Shown: positions 29,396 through 40,378 of the stretch, one piece after another
Position numbering within the stretch: the first letter of the stretch is position 1
How the letters are laid out: the number at the start of each line of letters is the position of its first letter
From: an uncultured Gaiellales bacterium
GTDB lineage: Bacteria; Actinomycetota; Thermoleophilia; RBG-16-64-13
Assembly (NCBI GenBank): GCA_964399135.1
Contig: CAYNPL010000011.1
Coordinates: forward strand, 28,539 to 92,538
Length of the DNA stretch: 64,000 bases
Direction of reading: 5' to 3'
Program-made: the position numbers and the translations under genes
The notes under the pieces: generated by a model
The model's database searches: none
What the model saw: only the letters and a program-made list of their open reading frames with translations
Told to the model about the DNA's origin: nothing

Positions 29396-30343
29396 CTATC
29401 CAGCGGACACCTCCTCTATTTCCACCCGCTTGGCCAGCCGCTCCGCGTCGGAGGGAAGGAAAACCCCGGCCCCATAACGGATCAGATTGGCCGCGGCGCA
29501 ACCCAGACCGAAGCGCAGGCAGGCCTCCGGTGGGTCTCCCTCCATAAGCCGGACGGCGTACCCGCCCACCAAGGCGTCTCCCCAACCCAGCGGCGACACC
29601 ACCTCCACCTGAGGCATCCTGGCCAGGAAGACCCGGCTGCCCTCTCCGTAGGCCAGTTCGGCCACGCAGCCGAAGCGGAAGGTGATGGCCACCGACCCGG
29701 CGCCCATCTCCCTCATGCGCCTCGCGGCCGAGATCCGGTCTTCTAGGGAGGTGAACTCATACCCGATGACCTTCTCGGCCTCCACCAACTTGGGGAACAC
29801 ATAGTCGGGCCGGGCCTTGATCCCTAGCCGCAAGGGGTCGCCGTAGGTGTAGAAGAACACCTTGGGCCCCTGCCGCCGGACCTGCTGGATCATTCGCGCG
29901 TAGCAATCATCGTCCAAACCGGGGGGGACGCTGCCGGCGAACACCACCACGTCCACGGCTTTGCCAAGATAGTCCAACTTCTCGCTCAGGAACTCCATCT
30001 CCTCGGGCTGGATCTCAGGGCCCTGCTCGTTGATCTCCGTGATGGTGCCGGTCGCGGGGTCGACTACCGCCGTGGAGATCCTCGACTCTCCGGCCACGCG
30101 CACAAAGTCGCAGAGGATGCCCTCCCCGTTGAGGTCGGCGACGATCTGATCACCTTTGCGACCCCCCACGAAGCCGGTGGCGATGACCGGTCTCCCCAGG
30201 GCCTTGACGGAGCGAGCCACGTTGATGCCTTTTCCTCCCGGCAGGATGACGGTGTCGGTGGCCCGATGCCGAAAGCCGGCCTGGAAATTGGGCACCGTCA
30301 TTGTCCGGTCCAGAGCCGGGTTGAGAGTGACGGTCAGTATCAT
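29396..30343 (-). CDS. PfkB-family sugar kinase, 1-phosphofructokinase/tagatose-6-P kinase-like
   Basis: Likely start [14 protein letters not shown] at 30343; GGKGINVA and DTTGAGD-like GWGDAL motifs. Confidence 0.75.
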   Translation of the reverse strand: MILTVTLNPALDRTMTVPNFQAGFRHRATDTVILPGGKGINVARSVKALGRPVIATGFVGGRKGDQIVADLNGEGILCDFVRVAGESRISTAVVDPATGTITEINEQGPEIQPEEMEFLSEKLDYLGKAVDVVVFAGSVPPGLDDDCYARMIQQVRRQGPKVFFYTYGDPLRLGIKARPDYVFPKLVEAEKVIGYEFTSLEDRISAARRMREMGAGSVAITFRFGCVAELAYGEGSRVFLARMPQVEVVSPLGWGDALVGGYAVRLMEGDPPEACLRFGLGCAAANLIRYGAGVFLPSDAERLAKRVEIEEVSAG

Positions 30344-30363
30344 CGGTCGTGCGGTCTCACAGT

Positions 30364-31626
30364 CTAGAAGATGCCTCCGATCCACTCCCCCAGCCGGCCG
30401 AAGAAGTAGGCCAGCTTGGAGCCAAGGGTGGGCGCTCCGAAGGACCGAGTCGCCACCAGGTTGACGGTCTCCAGGGCGTCGCCGTTGACCATCACCACCA
30501 CCCGCCCGCAGGTCTGTCCGACTGTGACGGGCAGTCGCAGGGGACTGTCCACGGAGACATCGACCGTCACCTCGTCCCCCTCATAGATCTGCAGCGCCAC
30601 CCCGGAGCTTGCCACCAGGTCGATCCGGCCGTCCAAGCGGTAGGGCACATCGGCTTGAGCCAGCACCGCCCCCGGCTCCAGTACAGTGACGTCGCGGCAC
30701 TGGGTGAAACCGTACTGGAGCAGCTTCTTGCTCTCGTCGAAGCAGAGGTCGCTGACCGGTTGGCCGAGGACCACGCTGAGGACCTCGATGCCGTCGCGCC
30801 GGCCGGCCGCCACCAGGCACTGCTCGGCCTTGGGCGTCAAGCCGGTCTTGACCCCGATGACCCACGGATAGTCATGCAGCAGCTTGTTGGTGTTGGTGAG
30901 AAGGAGCGGCTCCCTGCGACCGGGCAGATCGAGTTCGTAGGTTCTTGTGGACACGTACTCACGGAACCTTTCGTCCTGCATGGCGTAGCGGCCGAGGATA
31001 GCCATGTCGGCGGCCGTCGAATAGTGGCCGTCCTCGTCGAGACCGTGGGGGTTTTCGAAATGCGTGGCCGTCATGCCCAACTCCGCCGCCTTCGTGTTCA
31101 TCTCCTCGACGAAGGCGGCCACCGTGCCCGAGCAGGTCTGGGCCAGGGCCACGGCCGCTGCGTTGGCGCTGCGCAGAAGGAGCGCGTAGAGAAGCTCGTC
31201 CACAGTGAGGACGTCGCCTTCCCGCACCCAGGACTTCGGCTCGTACGTGGCCGCCGCGCTTGGGGAGACTGTCACCTCCTGCTGAAGGTCCAACTTCTCG
31301 AGCACGAGCACGGCCGTCATGATCTTGGTGGTCGAGGCCATCCGCATGCGTTTGCCCGCGTGGTGGTCCAACAGGACCCGCCCGGTGTCCAGGCTGATGA
31401 GTACGGCCGCCGGCGACTTGATGTCGGGGGCCTGTCCGCCCAGGCCCCCCAGGTCGGCCGCGCTGAACGTGAAACTGCGGGCGACGGCTTCGTCCGCTTG
31501 GGCGGGGCCCACGGCCGGGTCCCCCCAAGCCACACCGGCCATAGCGGCGACTGCGACAACTGTTACCAGAAGAAAAAGAGATAGGGACGATCCGACCCGT
31601 CCCCGCTTGAGGAATGCGGGCATCAT
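30364..31626 (-). CDS. D-alanyl-D-alanine carboxypeptidase (S11 family, PBP5/DacB-like)
   Basis: Start MMPAFLKRG at 31626 with signal peptide; SxxK (ASTTKIMTA), SxN (RSANA), KTG motifs; PBP5 C-terminal beta-sandwich domain. Confidence 0.85.
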   Translation of the reverse strand: MMPAFLKRGRVGSSLSLFLLVTVVAVAAMAGVAWGDPAVGPAQADEAVARSFTFSAADLGGLGGQAPDIKSPAAVLISLDTGRVLLDHHAGKRMRMASTTKIMTAVLVLEKLDLQQEVTVSPSAAATYEPKSWVREGDVLTVDELLYALLLRSANAAAVALAQTCSGTVAAFVEEMNTKAAELGMTATHFENPHGLDEDGHYSTAADMAILGRYAMQDERFREYVSTRTYELDLPGRREPLLLTNTNKLLHDYPWVIGVKTGLTPKAEQCLVAAGRRDGIEVLSVVLGQPVSDLCFDESKKLLQYGFTQCRDVTVLEPGAVLAQADVPYRLDGRIDLVASSGVALQIYEGDEVTVDVSVDSPLRLPVTVGQTCGRVVVMVNGDALETVNLVATRSFGAPTLGSKLAYFFGRLGEWIGGIF

Positions 31627-32500
31627 GTCGCTGAGTATAGCATGGGCTCCAGCGGCCCCTTTCGGCCCGCCCGCCCGGCTGGTCCCCGGAAGACCCGATG
31701 CTATACTTCGCCCGCTGAGCGGAGACGAGGGAGGTGTGGCCATCGGCGAGGTGCTGCGCCAGGCCTGGGGCCGGCTGATCCACAAGCAGTGGCTCATATT
31801 CTATCCACTGGCCCTGGCTGTGATAGACACCCTCGCCTTTCTCGCCGTCTACACCGCCGGCGGGGAGCCTCTGCGCTGGAACGCCTTCTTTCTCGCTAAC
31901 TTCGAGCGCTGGTCGTACGTTCGCGAGCACTTCCTGGCCGGGTTCTCTTTCACACCCTCCTTGGCCATAGCCGTGTTCGCCGGGCTCGCCGTATGCGTGT
32001 TGAGCGCCATGGTCCGAGCCCCCTTCTTCCGCGCCATCGCCGCTCCCGGTTACCCCCTTGCCCCCCGCACTTGGGACGAGGTGGGCCGCCTCTCCCTCTT
32101 CTATCTGCTGGCGAACCTCGTCGTGTGGGTGATGCCTTTGGCGGCGCCCGCAGGCAGTCTGCTGGAGCAAGTCGCCCTGATGGCGGCCCTGGTGGTCGCC
32201 CTTCTGATCGTCTTCGCCGACTATGTGATCGTGTTCGAGGGTCTGGCCGTACCGGCCGCGCTACGTCGCAGCGTCCGCCTGCTGGCGCGCCGTTGGCCCA
32301 CCGTGCTCGTCATCTTCGTGATCGTCCAGTTGGTCCAACTCGGTCTGATCCGGCTCTACGACCTCTACTACAACAGCGCCTCCGGGGTCTTCGTCCTTCT
32401 GCCCTTGAGCCAACTGCTGGTGCAGTCCTTCATCGTCCTCGTGGTCGATCTGGTCCTCATCTACCTCTACGAGCAGATCAGGCGGCGCAGCCCCTCCTGA
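31625..32500 (+). CDS. hypothetical polytopic membrane protein
   Basis: ORF open from 31319; start uncertain (ATG 31625 or GTG ~31733); 6-7 TM segments (FYPLALAVIDTLAFLAVY..., LVVALLIVFADYVIVF...). Confidence 0.5.
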   Translation: MSLSIAWAPAAPFGPPARLVPGRPDAILRPLSGDEGGVAIGEVLRQAWGRLIHKQWLIFYPLALAVIDTLAFLAVYTAGGEPLRWNAFFLANFERWSYVREHFLAGFSFTPSLAIAVFAGLAVCVLSAMVRAPFFRAIAAPGYPLAPRTWDEVGRLSLFYLLANLVVWVMPLAAPAGSLLEQVALMAALVVALLIVFADYVIVFEGLAVPAALRRSVRLLARRWPTVLVIFVIVQLVQLGLIRLYDLYYNSASGVFVLLPLSQLLVQSFIVLVVDLVLIYLYEQIRRRSPS

Positions 32501-32513
32501 CCCGCTGCGCCGG

Positions 32514-32711
32514 CTACGGCACGATGATGACCGTCGACACGGTGGTGGGCGCTTCGCCGCTACTGTCACGCTCGGCCTGTCCCTGCACCGTCCCGCTCAG
32601 CACCAGCGCGCTGAGAACGACCGTCACCACCAGGAACACGGCGATCGGGACCAGGTAGGTCCGCACCCAGCCCCAGTCCCGCGAAGCGCCGGTGGTCATA
32701 TCCTCACGCAC
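32514..32711 (-). CDS. hypothetical small membrane protein (65 aa)
   Basis: Single TM LVPIAVFLVVTVVLSALVL; overlaps pyrF stop by 8 nt; no recognisable family. Confidence 0.3.
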   Translation of the reverse strand: MREDMTTGASRDWGWVRTYLVPIAVFLVVTVVLSALVLSGTVQGQAERDSSGEAPTTVSTVIIVP

Positions 32712-33612
32712 GGCCGGCCGCCTGCCACAAGGCCGCCTTCATGGCTTTTGTCTCGGCCAGGGCGGCGTCCATCCAGTGTAGGTCGGGCCGGTCTCGATAT
32801 GCGTACAGGATGGCTCGGGCCGAGTTGACCACGGCCCCGGTCCCGTCGGCGTCGAACATCCGCGCGAGATCCCCGGCTCGAGCTCCCTGGGCACCGTACC
32901 CGGGTATGAGGAGCGGCACGCCCGGCAAGGCGGCACGCAGCCCCGCCCCCTGCTCGGGATGAGTCCCTCCCACCACCGCGCCGACCGATCGATAGCCTCG
33001 TTCGCCCACCGTGTCGGCGCCCCAGCGGTCGACCAGAGCCGCTACCCGAGCGTAGAGCGGCTCCCCTGTGCCGAGGACAAGGTCTTGCAGCTCGCTCGAG
33101 CTGGGGTTGGACGTCTTGACCAGGACGAACACTCCTTTGCCTTCGGTCCGGGCCCTCTTGAAGAACGGCTCCAACCCGTCGGTGCCGAAGTAGGGGTTGA
33201 CCGTGACGGCGTCAGCGCCGGCCAGGTCCAGATGCGCGGCCGCGTACGCTTCCGCGGTGCTCCCGATGTCACCCCGCTTGACGTCGGAGATGACCGCATA
33301 GCCCAGGTCGCGGGAGAGACCCACCAGCTCCTCATAGAGCCGGTAGCCGACGTGGCCCAAGACCTCGAAATAGGCGATCTGGATCTTGACCGCCACCGCC
33401 TCGGCGGCAAGGGCGGGGAGCAGACGGGACAGAAAGTCCCGGTATGCCGCCGCCTTCATTTCCTCCTCGCTGCTGAAGTCGGCGCGGGGATGAGCCGCCA
33501 CCACTGCCGCCGGAAGCAGGCCGAAGTCGGGGTCGAGCCCCACCACAACGTGAGAGCGCTTCCTCTCGATGGCTTCCAGAAGCCTGTCAGCGAAACTGTC
33601 TGGGGTCTTCAT
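32704..33612 (-). CDS. pyrF: orotidine 5'-phosphate decarboxylase (type 2)
   Basis: Real start MKTPDSFADRLLEAIERKRSHVVVGLDPD at 33612 (track ORF over-extended by 91 aa of low-complexity sequence); type-2 OMPDC motifs. Confidence 0.85.
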   Translation of the reverse strand: MKTPDSFADRLLEAIERKRSHVVVGLDPDFGLLPAAVVAAHPRADFSSEEEMKAAAYRDFLSRLLPALAAEAVAVKIQIAYFEVLGHVGYRLYEELVGLSRDLGYAVISDVKRGDIGSTAEAYAAAHLDLAGADAVTVNPYFGTDGLEPFFKRARTEGKGVFVLVKTSNPSSSELQDLVLGTGEPLYARVAALVDRWGADTVGERGYRSVGAVVGGTHPEQGAGLRAALPGVPLLIPGYGAQGARAGDLARMFDADGTGAVVNSARAILYAYRDRPDLHWMDAALAETKAMKAALWQAAGRA

Positions 33613-33647
33613 CGCCCTTCTTTCGCCCCGGCCCTTAGCGCCCTCAA

Positions 33648-33675
33648 CGAAAAAGGGCCGCCCGAAGCGGCCCTT
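33648..33675 (-). terminator. intrinsic terminator downstream of hup
   Basis: Minus-strand read AAGGGCCGCUUCGGGCGGCCCUUUUUCG: 8-bp GC stem, UUCG loop, U5 tract. Confidence 0.7.
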
Positions 33676-33697
33676 GACGAGACTGTGCGATCGCGTA

Positions 33698-33970
33698 TCA
33701 CTTGACCGCGTTCTTGAGGGCCGCACCCGCGCTGAACTTGGGGACCGAACTGGCCGGGATGTGGATCTTCGCCTTAGTCTGCGGGTTGATGCCTTCCCTG
33801 GCTTCGCGTTTCTGCACGTAGAATTTGCCGAAGCCTGTGAACTGGACGTCCTCCCCCTTCTTGAGCGACTCAGTGACCACTTCAACGAAGGCGTCGACCA
33901 CGCTGGCCGCGTCCTTCTTCGTCAGACCACTCTTGGCTGCAAGCCTATCGACAAACTCGGCCTTGGTCAC
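33698..33970 (-). CDS. hup: DNA-binding protein HU
   Basis: 90 aa; MTKAEFVDRLAAKSGLTKKDA...GFGKFYVQKREAREGINPQT. Confidence 0.93.
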   Translation of the reverse strand: MTKAEFVDRLAAKSGLTKKDAASVVDAFVEVVTESLKKGEDVQFTGFGKFYVQKREAREGINPQTKAKIHIPASSVPKFSAGAALKNAVK

Positions 33971-34038
33971 GGTTACCTCCCTTTGTCCTCGCGGTACCGA
34001 CTCACCTTAGCAACTACCTGGGCGCCGCACAAGCGCAT

Positions 34039-34587
34039 TCACAGCGGCTTCTTGATGCCCAGGCCGCTGGAGGTGAACAGCGGCCGCAGCACCATCCCCG
34101 CCGCGGTCGCGGCTTCCACCCCTCCCTCCTCCCGGTCGACCACGCAGTAGAGATCAGGCACCGACAAGCCGGCCTCGCGCAGGGCTTCCGCCGCCGTGAT
34201 TGCCGCCCCTCCGGAAGTGACGATGTCCTCGATGAGGGCCACGTTCTCCCCCGCCTCGAAGCGTCCTTCGATGCGCTTGCCGGTGCCGTACTCCTTCGAG
34301 GCCTTGCGCACGATGAGTAGTGGGATCCCCAGTTCGAGTGACAGCCCCGCGCCCAGTACGACGCCCCCCAACTCGGGAGCGGCCAGGCGATGGTAGGTGA
34401 CCCCGATCGCCAGTTGGTTGCGGATCATCATGGCCATCTCATGCACGATGCCTCGCAACACCTGGGGGTCGGTCTCGAACAGATACTTGTCCAGATAGTA
34501 CTTGCTGCGCTTGCCGGACCGGAGGACGAAGTCCCCTTCCAGGTAGGCTACCTTGAGCAGCGCTTTTCCCACTGTCTCCCTGTCCAC
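34039..34587 (-). CDS. pyrE: orotate phosphoribosyltransferase
   Basis: 182 aa; PRPP-binding VALIEDIVTSGG motif. Confidence 0.9.
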   Translation of the reverse strand: MDRETVGKALLKVAYLEGDFVLRSGKRSKYYLDKYLFETDPQVLRGIVHEMAMMIRNQLAIGVTYHRLAAPELGGVVLGAGLSLELGIPLLIVRKASKEYGTGKRIEGRFEAGENVALIEDIVTSGGAAITAAEALREAGLSVPDLYCVVDREEGGVEAATAAGMVLRPLFTSSGLGIKKPL

Positions 34588-34633
34588 GCTACCTCCTGCT
34601 CACTCGTATGTCCCGCGCCGGTGCCCGCCGCCC

Positions 34634-36001
34634 CTAGGTGCCCGAGACCGCGACGCCGGCCACTGCGATCGAAGGGGTGCACACGCTGCCGTAGAAAGGC
34701 AGCCAGCGCTCGTCGGCGGCCAGGTCAGTCACCGACCCCAGGAGCCCATCGAAATCGGTGGCTATGGTGGCTTCGCGCACGGGTCGGCCCAGAGCGCCTG
34801 CCTCGATCAGCCTCCCCGTGATGCCCACAGAGATCTCCCCGCTGATCACGTTCACTCCGGAGTGCAGGCCGGAGACGCTGTCCACGTACAGGCCATCACC
34901 GACACGGGCCACGAGCTCGTTCAGGCTGCCCCGCCCCGCTTCCAGCACCAGGTTGGTGACCCCTACTCTCGGGGTGACTCGATAGGATGCTCGCGCCGCG
35001 TTGCCCGTAGAGCGAACGTCCCCACCCGCTTTACGCGCAGTATATGTGTTATGTAGATACGCTTGCAGGACGCCCTCAGAAATGAGCGTGGTCTTCTGGT
35101 GTGGCACCCCTTCCCCGTCGAACGGGTTGGAAGCCATGCCTTGCGGGGCCAGCCCATCGTCCACCAGCCGCACCAAAGACGAGGCCACGGCCTCTCCCAG
35201 CCGCCCTGCGAAGATCGACCTGCCTTTCTGCACGGCCTCGGCATTGAGGGCCTGCGCCAGGTACGACAGCAGGGCGCCGGTCACCTCTCGGTCCAGCACC
35301 ACCGTGTAGCGACCAGTGGGGCAAGGCCGCGCTCCCAGAAGAGCCCGCGCTTTGGCGGCCGCTTCAGCCCCCGCCGCGACCGGGTCCAGCGACTCCGGGT
35401 GACGGCCGGCGCAGAAGCCCAGACCGGACTGCCGTTCGCCATCCCGGCCGGCGTGCGCCATGACCCATACCACGCAGAACGACCGCTCCGCCTCCGCCTC
35501 GATCCCCGCGGTGGACGCAACCGCCACCCGGCTCTCCTCGTCCGAGTAGGCGCTCTCTTCCACAGTCTCCACCTCAGGTGCAGCGAGAGCGGCCTCCTCG
35601 GCCTTCAACGCAAGCCTCATCTTCTCCTCGAGGCTGGTGGAGCCCAGCCGTGGGCTCCACAATCCGGCGATGGTGGGATAGCCACTCCCGGCAGCGGAGG
35701 GAAGGCCGGTCCACTGGTCGGCGTCGACCACCGCCATGGCGGCCACAGCCTGCCGGAGGACCCGGTCGATGCCGCTGGGCGACAGGTCCGCGGTGAAGGC
35801 ATACCCCACCCGCCCCGCACGAAGAGCCCTGATCCCCAGCCCGCGCGGCTGGGCTACACTCACCGACTCCACCTGGCGCCCGAACACCTTGATCTCTACC
35901 GTGCGCCCGGACTCCGCGTACGCTTCCAGATCCACGCCCAGGCGCCGGCCCCGATCCAAGGCCGTGCGGACCACCTGTAGGGGCGAACCGAACTCCGCCA
36001 T
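34634..36001 (-). CDS. pmbA: TldD/PmbA family metalloprotease (PmbA/TldE-like)
   Basis: Probable start MAEFGSPLQ at 36001 overlapping tldD stop; PmbA_TldD domain. Confidence 0.8.
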   Translation of the reverse strand: MAEFGSPLQVVRTALDRGRRLGVDLEAYAESGRTVEIKVFGRQVESVSVAQPRGLGIRALRAGRVGYAFTADLSPSGIDRVLRQAVAAMAVVDADQWTGLPSAAGSGYPTIAGLWSPRLGSTSLEEKMRLALKAEEAALAAPEVETVEESAYSDEESRVAVASTAGIEAEAERSFCVVWVMAHAGRDGERQSGLGFCAGRHPESLDPVAAGAEAAAKARALLGARPCPTGRYTVVLDREVTGALLSYLAQALNAEAVQKGRSIFAGRLGEAVASSLVRLVDDGLAPQGMASNPFDGEGVPHQKTTLISEGVLQAYLHNTYTARKAGGDVRSTGNAARASYRVTPRVGVTNLVLEAGRGSLNELVARVGDGLYVDSVSGLHSGVNVISGEISVGITGRLIEAGALGRPVREATIATDFDGLLGSVTDLAADERWLPFYGSVCTPSIAVAGVAVSGT

Positions 36002-37449
36002 CAGGCCCCCGTCCCCCCCACGGTCAGCTCCCGGATGCGGATGGTGGGCTGGCCGCTTCCCACGGGGACCGCCTGCCCTTCTTTGCCACATGTTCCCGGC
36101 CTGACATCAAGATCGTCGGCGATGGCATCGATCCCCAGCAGCACCTCTGGACCGTTGCCTACCAAAGTGGCGCCGCGCACCGGCCCCGCGACCTTGCCGG
36201 ACTCGATGAGATAGCCCTCGGCCACTCCGAACACGAACTCGCCGGTGGCCGGGTTGACCTGGCCTCCGGACAGTGATTTGGCGTAGAGGGCACGCGGGGT
36301 GTCGGCGATGATCTGCTCGGCCGTCCATGCCCCCGGGCCGAAGTAGGTGTTGGTCATGCGCGGATAGGGAAGGTGACGGAAGTCCTGGCGGCGTCCGTTG
36401 CCGGTGAGCGGAAGACCAAGCCGCCCCCCACGCAGGCGGTCGGTCAGATAGCCGGTGAGCAATCCCGCCTCGATGACGGTGGTTTTGCTGCACGGGACGC
36501 CTTCGTCGTCGAAGCGCGCGCTGCCCCACAGGCCCAAGCCGATGCCATCGTCATAGGCGAAGACCTGCTCGCCGGCCACGCGCTGCCCGATCTTCCCCTC
36601 CCACACGCTGCTCTTCTTGAGGATGTAGTCGGCCTCGAGGCCGTGCCCACACGCCTCGTGGAACAGCACTCCTCCGAAGCCGTTGGCCAGTACCACCGCC
36701 ATCCGGCCACTGGGAGCAGGACGGGCGTCGAGCATCACCAAGGCCTTGGCGGCGGCCTCGGCGGCCAACGCCGCCACCGCCTCCTGGTCGAGATCCCCGA
36801 CCCCACCCTGGAAGGCCAGCGTCTCCCGGCCCACCTGGATGAGCCCGTCTCGCTGGGCCATCACGGTGACGGCCAGCATCTTGCGGGAACGGTGGTCGAA
36901 GGCCGTAGAACCATCCGAGTTGGTGATCCACACCCGCTGCCGGCCCTGGGCATAGACGGCCGCCACCTGGCGGACCTCACCCGAACAGGCCCGGGCCGCC
37001 TCGTCGGCCAGCCGCAGCCAAGCGGCCGCCCTGCGCACCTCCGCCGACACCTCATCCGTCTCCGCCGGCAGCGATGAGGGCGCCTCCGCGTTCGCCGACG
37101 CCCGCGACTCGGCGGTCACCGTGCGCCCCCCGGCCGCACCCGCAGGGGTCGGCTGGGCGCCGCCACCACCGCGAGCCAACTCCCCCGCCAGATCCAGGAG
37201 AGGGCCCTCCTCCACCGCATCGACGTAGCCGAACTCGGTGGAGGCACCGCGCACCACCCGCACCGAGCCGCCACGGTCGGTCCCGGCCACGGCCTCCTCC
37301 AGCCGCCCGTCTTCGAGGCGCAGCGAAAGCGACTCCCGCTCTTCGACGAACACCTCGGCCCAGTCCCCACCGCCGTCCAGGGCCCGCCGCACGACGGCCG
37401 AGAGCATGCCGAGGTCTGGGCCGGGATGGTCGGGATCCGCGTTGGGCAC
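36001..37449 (-). CDS. tldD: metalloprotease TldD
   Basis: 482 aa; HExxxH-like FHEACGHGLE, C-terminal GTCGKEGQ motif. Confidence 0.85.
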   Translation of the reverse strand: MPNADPDHPGPDLGMLSAVVRRALDGGGDWAEVFVEERESLSLRLEDGRLEEAVAGTDRGGSVRVVRGASTEFGYVDAVEEGPLLDLAGELARGGGGAQPTPAGAAGGRTVTAESRASANAEAPSSLPAETDEVSAEVRRAAAWLRLADEAARACSGEVRQVAAVYAQGRQRVWITNSDGSTAFDHRSRKMLAVTVMAQRDGLIQVGRETLAFQGGVGDLDQEAVAALAAEAAAKALVMLDARPAPSGRMAVVLANGFGGVLFHEACGHGLEADYILKKSSVWEGKIGQRVAGEQVFAYDDGIGLGLWGSARFDDEGVPCSKTTVIEAGLLTGYLTDRLRGGRLGLPLTGNGRRQDFRHLPYPRMTNTYFGPGAWTAEQIIADTPRALYAKSLSGGQVNPATGEFVFGVAEGYLIESGKVAGPVRGATLVGNGPEVLLGIDAIADDLDVRPGTCGKEGQAVPVGSGQPTIRIRELTVGGTGA

Positions 37450-37465
37450 GGTGGCGCTGAGCAGC

Positions 37466-37681
37466 CTAGCTGCAGATGGGGCTGGCTTCGAGTATCTCAG
37501 AGGCGGCCACTATGAAAGGAGCCGCTTCGGGAGCGTTGCCGGGGAGGGCAAGCATCGACCCATCGTCGAAGTACAACTCCACCTGGGGCTTGCGGGCACG
37601 GAACCGCAAGAAGAAATAGCCCCCGGCCGCGATGCTCCCCAGCAGCGTAAGGATACCGAAGTACTTGAGGATGCGCCTCAT
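37466..37681 (-). CDS. hypothetical small membrane protein (71 aa)
   Basis: N-terminal TM ILKYFGILTLLGSIAAGGYFFL; 2-nt gap to upstream roadblock gene. Confidence 0.35.
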   Translation of the reverse strand: MRRILKYFGILTLLGSIAAGGYFFLRFRARKPQVELYFDDGSMLALPGNAPEAAPFIVAASEILEASPICS

Positions 37682-37682
37682 G

Positions 37683-38078
37683 TCAAACCTCCCCTCCCTG
37701 GTCGGCCGGAGCGGCGTTCAAGGCCTCCCGCGCGTCACGCAGGCAGGTCTTGAGATCGTACAGCACCAGGCCCACTCGGCTGCCCCGTCTGCCCGTGGCA
37801 AGAGCCGTCATACCGCCCGGCACCGGCTCGCGCACCAGGAACACCAGCCCGGCCGCAGTCTCGACCACCAGCTGGGTCAACGGCTGGGAGCCCATCCGTG
37901 AGGCGCTCTGCTCGCCCAGCCTGGTGAGTTCCTCCGCTTCAGCCACCGCCACGGCCTGAACGGCTTCGCTCATGTTCGACACGATGACGCCCTCGGGGCC
38001 GAACACCACCGCCTTGTCGATATCGGTGGAGATGTCGAGCATCTCCGCGAATGCGGCTTCGACTTGTTGCAGCATCAA
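37683..38078 (-). CDS. Roadblock/LC7 domain protein (MglB-like)
   Basis: 131 aa; pattern VVFGPEGVIVS...AAGLVFLV...SRVGLVLYDLK matches roadblock/LC7 fold signature. Confidence 0.6.
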   Translation of the reverse strand: MMLQQVEAAFAEMLDISTDIDKAVVFGPEGVIVSNMSEAVQAVAVAEAEELTRLGEQSASRMGSQPLTQLVVETAAGLVFLVREPVPGGMTALATGRRGSRVGLVLYDLKTCLRDAREALNAAPADQGGEV

Positions 38079-38255
38079 CGCCTCCTTCGCCGGCGGCCAC
38101 TCAGATCCGGGTCTTCCGCCTCAGTGTACCACCGGCCACGGACGGCCAAACGAGAGAGCCGCCCGGCACAAAGAGAGGGGCCGCCGGGGCGCTGCGCGCC
38201 CCGGCGGCCCCGAACAGCCGGCGCCGTCACGGCGCCGCCGGTCGTCGTCTCTCTT

Positions 38256-39899
<1,644 letters not shown>

Positions 39900-39944
39900 T
39901 CAAATCAAGAACCGCTGTCAATAAGGCCTCTACTGGGGAGAGCC

Positions 39945-40241
39945 TCACTCTCCGGGGATCACGCCGATGATGTCGGTGAGCCCGCGCAGGACGAGGTACT
40001 CCTCGCCGTCGAGCTTGAGCTCCGTCCCCGCGTACTTTGCGAAGACAACCAGATCACCCACCTTCACCGGCATGGGGATGAGGTCGCCCTTTTCCGAGTA
40101 CTTACCGGGGCCGACCGCTTCCACCCGTCCCTTGGACGGCTTCTCCTTGGCCGTGTCGGGCAGAACGATGCCGGTGGGGGTCACCTGCTCCTGCTCGATG
40201 ATCTTGACGACGACCCTGTCCTCGAGTGGCACCAGTTTCAT
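39945..40241 (-). CDS. groS: co-chaperonin GroES
   Basis: Real start MKLVPLEDRVVVKIIEQEQ at 40241 (track ORF over-extended upstream across the CIRCE operator). Confidence 0.93.
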   Translation of the reverse strand: MKLVPLEDRVVVKIIEQEQVTPTGIVLPDTAKEKPSKGRVEAVGPGKYSEKGDLIPMPVKVGDLVVFAKYAGTELKLDGEEYLVLRGLTDIIGVIPGE

Positions 40242-40307
40242 GCACAACCCTCCTACTTCTCGCTTTTCTTCGCTACGGGCACGCCCACCGCGGGCGTTCA
40301 CTGCCTC

Positions 40308-40334
40308 CATCACGCAATTGGCACTCTCCAACCA
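40308..40334. promoter_or_regulatory. CIRCE operator (HrcA binding site) upstream of groES
   Basis: TTGGCACTC-N9-GAGTGCCAA inverted repeat (consensus TTAGCACTC-N9-GAGTGCTAA), ~70 nt upstream of groES start. Confidence 0.75.
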
Positions 40335-40378
40335 CGAGTGCCAACCGCTGCTAATGTTATGCGCAGACTCAGGATTTG

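Noticed and set aside
29396-30343. Calling this fruK with a PTS fructose operon
   Set aside because: No fruA or PTS components are adjacent (flanked by guaA and a D,D-carboxypeptidase). Kept as a generic PfkB-family 1-phosphofructokinase-like sugar kinase.
33613-33885. N-terminal 91-aa extension of the pyrF ORF (also groES 40242-40415, tsaE 43326-43748, panC 49424-49687, csoR 61738-61899, gpmI 10809-11060, uvrC 18164-18304)
   Set aside because: The extensions are low-complexity Arg/Ser/Gly sequence and overlap a terminator, the CIRCE operator, a tRNA or upstream genes. Internal Met starts align with family N-termini and give ATGA-type coupling with upstream stops.
38160-38236. Two GC hairpins (CCGGGGCGC-TGC-GCGCCCCGG; GGCGCCG-TCAC-GGCGCC) downstream of groEL as an intrinsic terminator
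   Set aside because: Plausible structures but followed only by a weak CUCUCUUUGUG tract. Left as an unscored possibility rather than a feature.
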